A DNA stretch of 63,747 bases, counting the filler, from Octopus bimaculoides (Eukaryota), in the NCBI RefSeq assembly GCF_001194135.2. It is 8 parts of 8 records of this genome, joined end to end, with 100 filler letters (N's around TTAATTAATTAA, not from the genome) between each part and the next. Parts side by side here need not be neighbours in the genome. Positions count along the whole stretch, not along the records: positions 53,335 to 62,404 come from NC_068985.1; positions 62,505 to 63,747 come from NW_026428218.1; 6 more parts are not named here. One strand, written 5' to 3'. Position numbers and translations under genes: made by a program. The notes below the pieces were generated by a model, which was not told the DNA's origin, did no database searches, and worked only from the letters and a program-made list of their open reading frames with translations. Positions 60,600 through 63,747 of this stretch are shown here, piece after piece. Each line of letters opens with the position of its first letter. Positions within the stretch are counted from its first letter, which is position 1.

Positions 60600-62618
60600 A
60601 AACTACCACATTTGTTCTTTTAGTTATATGTTGGCAGTCTAATTTTCATTACGAAAATTTAAATTCTTATATACTTTCCTTAAAATGTTCTCGTAAATCT
60701 TTACCATTATAATTCGCTCAAATGTTAAGATTTAAACATCAGTCAAGATTTTTAAAATTTTACTCAAATGTGCACCAGGTGATTTTTGAAACTAGCAATT
60801 TCATTTAAAAAATTCATTTTCATATGTAGAAATACAATTTCAAATGCCTTTCTTAAGATTTACGCCAAATTTGCAATGTTATAATAAAATTAGATGTTTA
60901 AAACAGACTCCTAAGCAACTGATCTTTATCATAAAGAGGCCCTTAAATAAAACTACATGGTCACTGTAAATTAAGGATATTGATTTCAAATTAAGCGTTT
61001 CAGTGTTCTTTCGTTTCCTAAGACTGATACAGACTTGACTGCAAATTGTGGAAAAACCATATAAAGTCTGCTCACTTGACTAATTTATTGTAAATTAATT
61101 ATTCATGAAAAATATACTTTATTACAATTAGTAAAATCTGTTGTTGAGACATGCAGAATATCTTTTTCATTAACGCCAAACACATTACACTTACTTAATT
61201 TTTTTAATTCTATAAATCTGTAGTAAATATATGTAATTAAAGTTAATTTCTCATGCACTTTAATATAGCTATATTTTAAAAGTTAAAAGCGTATATATTA
61301 AACTAAGATAAATGTAAAAATATTTCGTTGATTAAGGACGAATTTAGAAAATAAATGCAAAAAAGGAGAAAAAGAAAGCGAGATATAACTATATGTGTAT
61401 ATATATATTTCGTATATGTATTTCGTGTGCAAGATTCTTGATGTGGATACGTGTGTTGAAAGAAATACAATTAATACACATATGATGCGGAATATGAACG
61501 TAAATAAATTAATTAAAAAGTCTCTATCTGATCTGATATAAACGAAATTGTTACAAACACACATATGGACGCACATACTTACATATAAGCACGAACACAT
61601 AAGTGCGTGCACACATATGAGCGTGCACACATACGAGCTTGCACACACTCACATGCTCATACCAAACAGTTTCGAAACAACGCCAAAACAACGCCAGATC
61701 ATATATTCAAAATAAATGGAAGTGGAGAGGCAAGTTGCTGAAGAGATTGCAAGAGTGCAATGAAATAATTTAACAAAAAACTATATAAANNNNNNNNNNN
61801 NNNNNNNNNNNNNNNNNNNNNNNNNNNNNNNNNNNNNNNNNNNNNNNNNNNNNNNNNNNNNNNNNNNNNNNNNNNNNNNNNNNNNNNNNNNNNNNNNNNN
61901 NNNNNNNNNNNNNNNNNNNNNNNNNNNNNNNNNNNNNNNNNNNNNNNNNNNNNNNNNNNNNNNNNNNNNNNNNNNNNNNNNNNNNNNNNNNNNNNNNNNN
62001 NNNNNNNNNNNNTATATATATATATATCAGCATACATGGTCATATATGTCTGTGCGTGTGTATGTGAGAGAGAGGCAAAGAGAAAGTGAGTGATTATATT
62101 TATGAGTGCATATGTGTCTAAGTGTTGTAATGTAAAAATATATCTTACATAACGCAAAATTTTCTGATACACAAATTCTTTCGTTAAACCGCTAATGGGA
62201 AAGCGAGATATAATTATGCTATCATATTATCAAACTTTGCCTCATCTGTGTATAAAGGTAGAACTTTCACGCCTGTCCTAACTGGCGTGAAGAACCATGG
62301 GTGGAACACAGAGTAGACTGTCAGCATATGTCAGTGTGTCAGTGTGATGTCTGTGTGTGTGCATATATATACATACGCGTATATATATATATATATATAT
62401 ATATNNNNNNNNNNNNNNNNNNNNNNNNNNNNNNNNNNNNNNNNNNNNTTAATTAATTAANNNNNNNNNNNNNNNNNNNNNNNNNNNNNNNNNNNNNNNN
62501 NNNNTTTTTTTTTTTTGTGTATTTTACTACATAAATATCACCAACTGCCTACTCTGAGTAATTCCTGACGGCACGTGCCTGGTATGTATGTATGTATGTA
62601 TGTATGTATGTATGTATG

Positions 62619-62965
62619 GCAAGAGTGGATGTGTGGACCTGTGAGCCGGAGAAAGGGATTTAGAGAGGGCACTTGCCCTTGGTATTCAGAGAATTCTTGG
62701 ACAGTGGGGTTCCTCGTTATCCCTAGAGGTCCCCCTATATCAGGACTACATCACTGTCATTTCTTTTTTACCTTTGTATACTATATATATTTCCCTTTCT
62801 TTTCATTGTATAACGTGTCTACTTACTCCTTTTTTTCTCCTATTTTCTTCCATTTCTTTTTTGTTATTTATTTTATCATTTCCTTATATGTAAACTCCCC
62901 ACACTTTATGTCTGTCTTTGTATCGTCCCCACCTCACCCTTCACCCTGGTGGCAAATAAAAGAAA
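62619..62965 (+). mobile_element. Probable LINE 3' UTR (L1/Tx1-like) ending in AATAAAAGAAA + (ATC/ATT)n
   Basis: T-rich UTR with a polyadenylation-like end running straight into the microsatellite; family assignment is inference only. Confidence 0.35.
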
Positions 62966-63023
62966 TCATCATTATTATCATCATCATTATTATTATTATT
63001 ATCATTATTATCATCATCAATCA

Positions 63024-63064
<41 letters not shown>

Positions 63065-63081
63065 ATTATTATTATTATTAT

Positions 63082-63214
63082 GCAATTGTTCAACATTTGA
63101 TAGTTTGGAGCAAATTTCTACTGCTTCACCTGCTACACCTCCGTGTGCGCAGCATTGTGTCTTCTTTTTTGTTGTTGAGAATGCGCAAACTCTTTCGGTA
63201 TTGTATAGTGTTAG

Positions 63215-63217
<3 letters not shown>
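63082..63217 (-). mobile_element. Unique 136-bp insert between (ATT)n arrays; possible third Dong-like 3' tail
   Basis: Context identical to the other Dong fragments; weak similarity (GCTGCGC..CGG..GTGAAGCA) to the Dong 3' UTR. Confidence 0.35.
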
Positions 63218-63259
<42 letters not shown>

Positions 63260-63263
<4 letters not shown>

Positions 63264-63668
63264 TAGTTTTATTTTCATAACGTGCTTTCATTTCACTACC
63301 GAGCGCAGCTCTGTGTGCCTTGGGTATGTGCTGTGGTTTGCTGTGATGCTCTTATGGTTACTGTATTGAAAGTGTTTTGCGTAGGATGTGTGCAGTGCCC
63401 AGTAGTGCAATTTTCTGTATGTTATATATATTTGTAAGTCCTGGTGTTTTTGTTATGTATTTATCATACCTAATGTGCCTTCTATGATAGGAATTGTTTC
63501 TGTTTTTAGATTCCACATTCGAGTTATCTCTATTTCCAGGTCTTTGTATTTTGAAAGTTTCTCCATTTCTTTTAGGGAAACGTTGTCATCTTCTGGTATT
63601 GATACATCAATTAGAAAGCATTTTTTCCTTCATGATCTTTGACAACTATATCTGGTCTATTGGCCTTA
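63260..63668 (-). mobile_element. 5'-truncated R4/Dong-clade LINE 3' end (same family as 15351-16105)
   Basis: IKANRPDIVVKDH..FLIDVSIPEDDNVSL..EKLSKYKDLEIEITRMWNLKTETIPII (PD..D RLE motif, frameshifted); 3' UTR nearly identical to 15351-15450; (TAA)n on both sides. Confidence 0.88.
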
Positions 63669-63747
63669 ATATTATTATTATTATTATTATTATTATTATC
63701 ATCATTTAACGTTTGAGAGATTCAGGAAAAATTTCTACTGCACCCGC

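Noticed and set aside
19359-62460. TTAATTAATTAA between two ~50-N runs, at 19359, 22842, 31892, 34410, 45138, 53279 and 62449
   Set aside because: Identical 12-mer with stops in all six frames, always centred in Ns: a synthetic scaffolding linker, not biology
62575-63369. 264-aa plus-strand ORF
   Set aside because: Stitched from microsatellites, a T-rich UTR and the antisense strand of a LINE 3' UTR

Overview
This is a repeat-saturated, AT-rich eukaryotic window from a gapped draft assembly, with many N runs and a synthetic TTAATTAATTAA linker at 7 joins. The SINE families, microsatellite density and LINE types suggest a coleoid cephalopod, probably Octopus; this is an inference, not database-checked. 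I found no host protein-coding gene, rRNA, true tRNA or CRISPR array I can support; most listed ORFs are microsatellite or N-gap artefacts. All recognisable coding sequence is transposon-derived: a full-length but inactivated mariner, two further mariner-family remnants, CR1-like, RTE, R4/Dong-like and other LINE fragments, and a degenerate gag-like ORF1. There are also >20 copies or fragments of several tRNA-derived SINE families (working labels A, B, C), Helitron 3' ends and TIR/foldback elements. The most interesting signals are: (i) restriction-like-endonuclease LINE ends stacked in (TAA)n arrays, plus a related element tied to (CATA)n; (ii) a type I hammerhead-ribozyme-like motif directly behind a SINE; (iii) a foldback insertion that splits an RTE 3' end; (iv) 129-bp inverted repeats bracketing a 4.4-kb nest; (v) SINE-borne microsatellites that appear to act as landing pads for other elements. 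Element boundaries were read by eye and are approximate unless a TSD or TIR is quoted.
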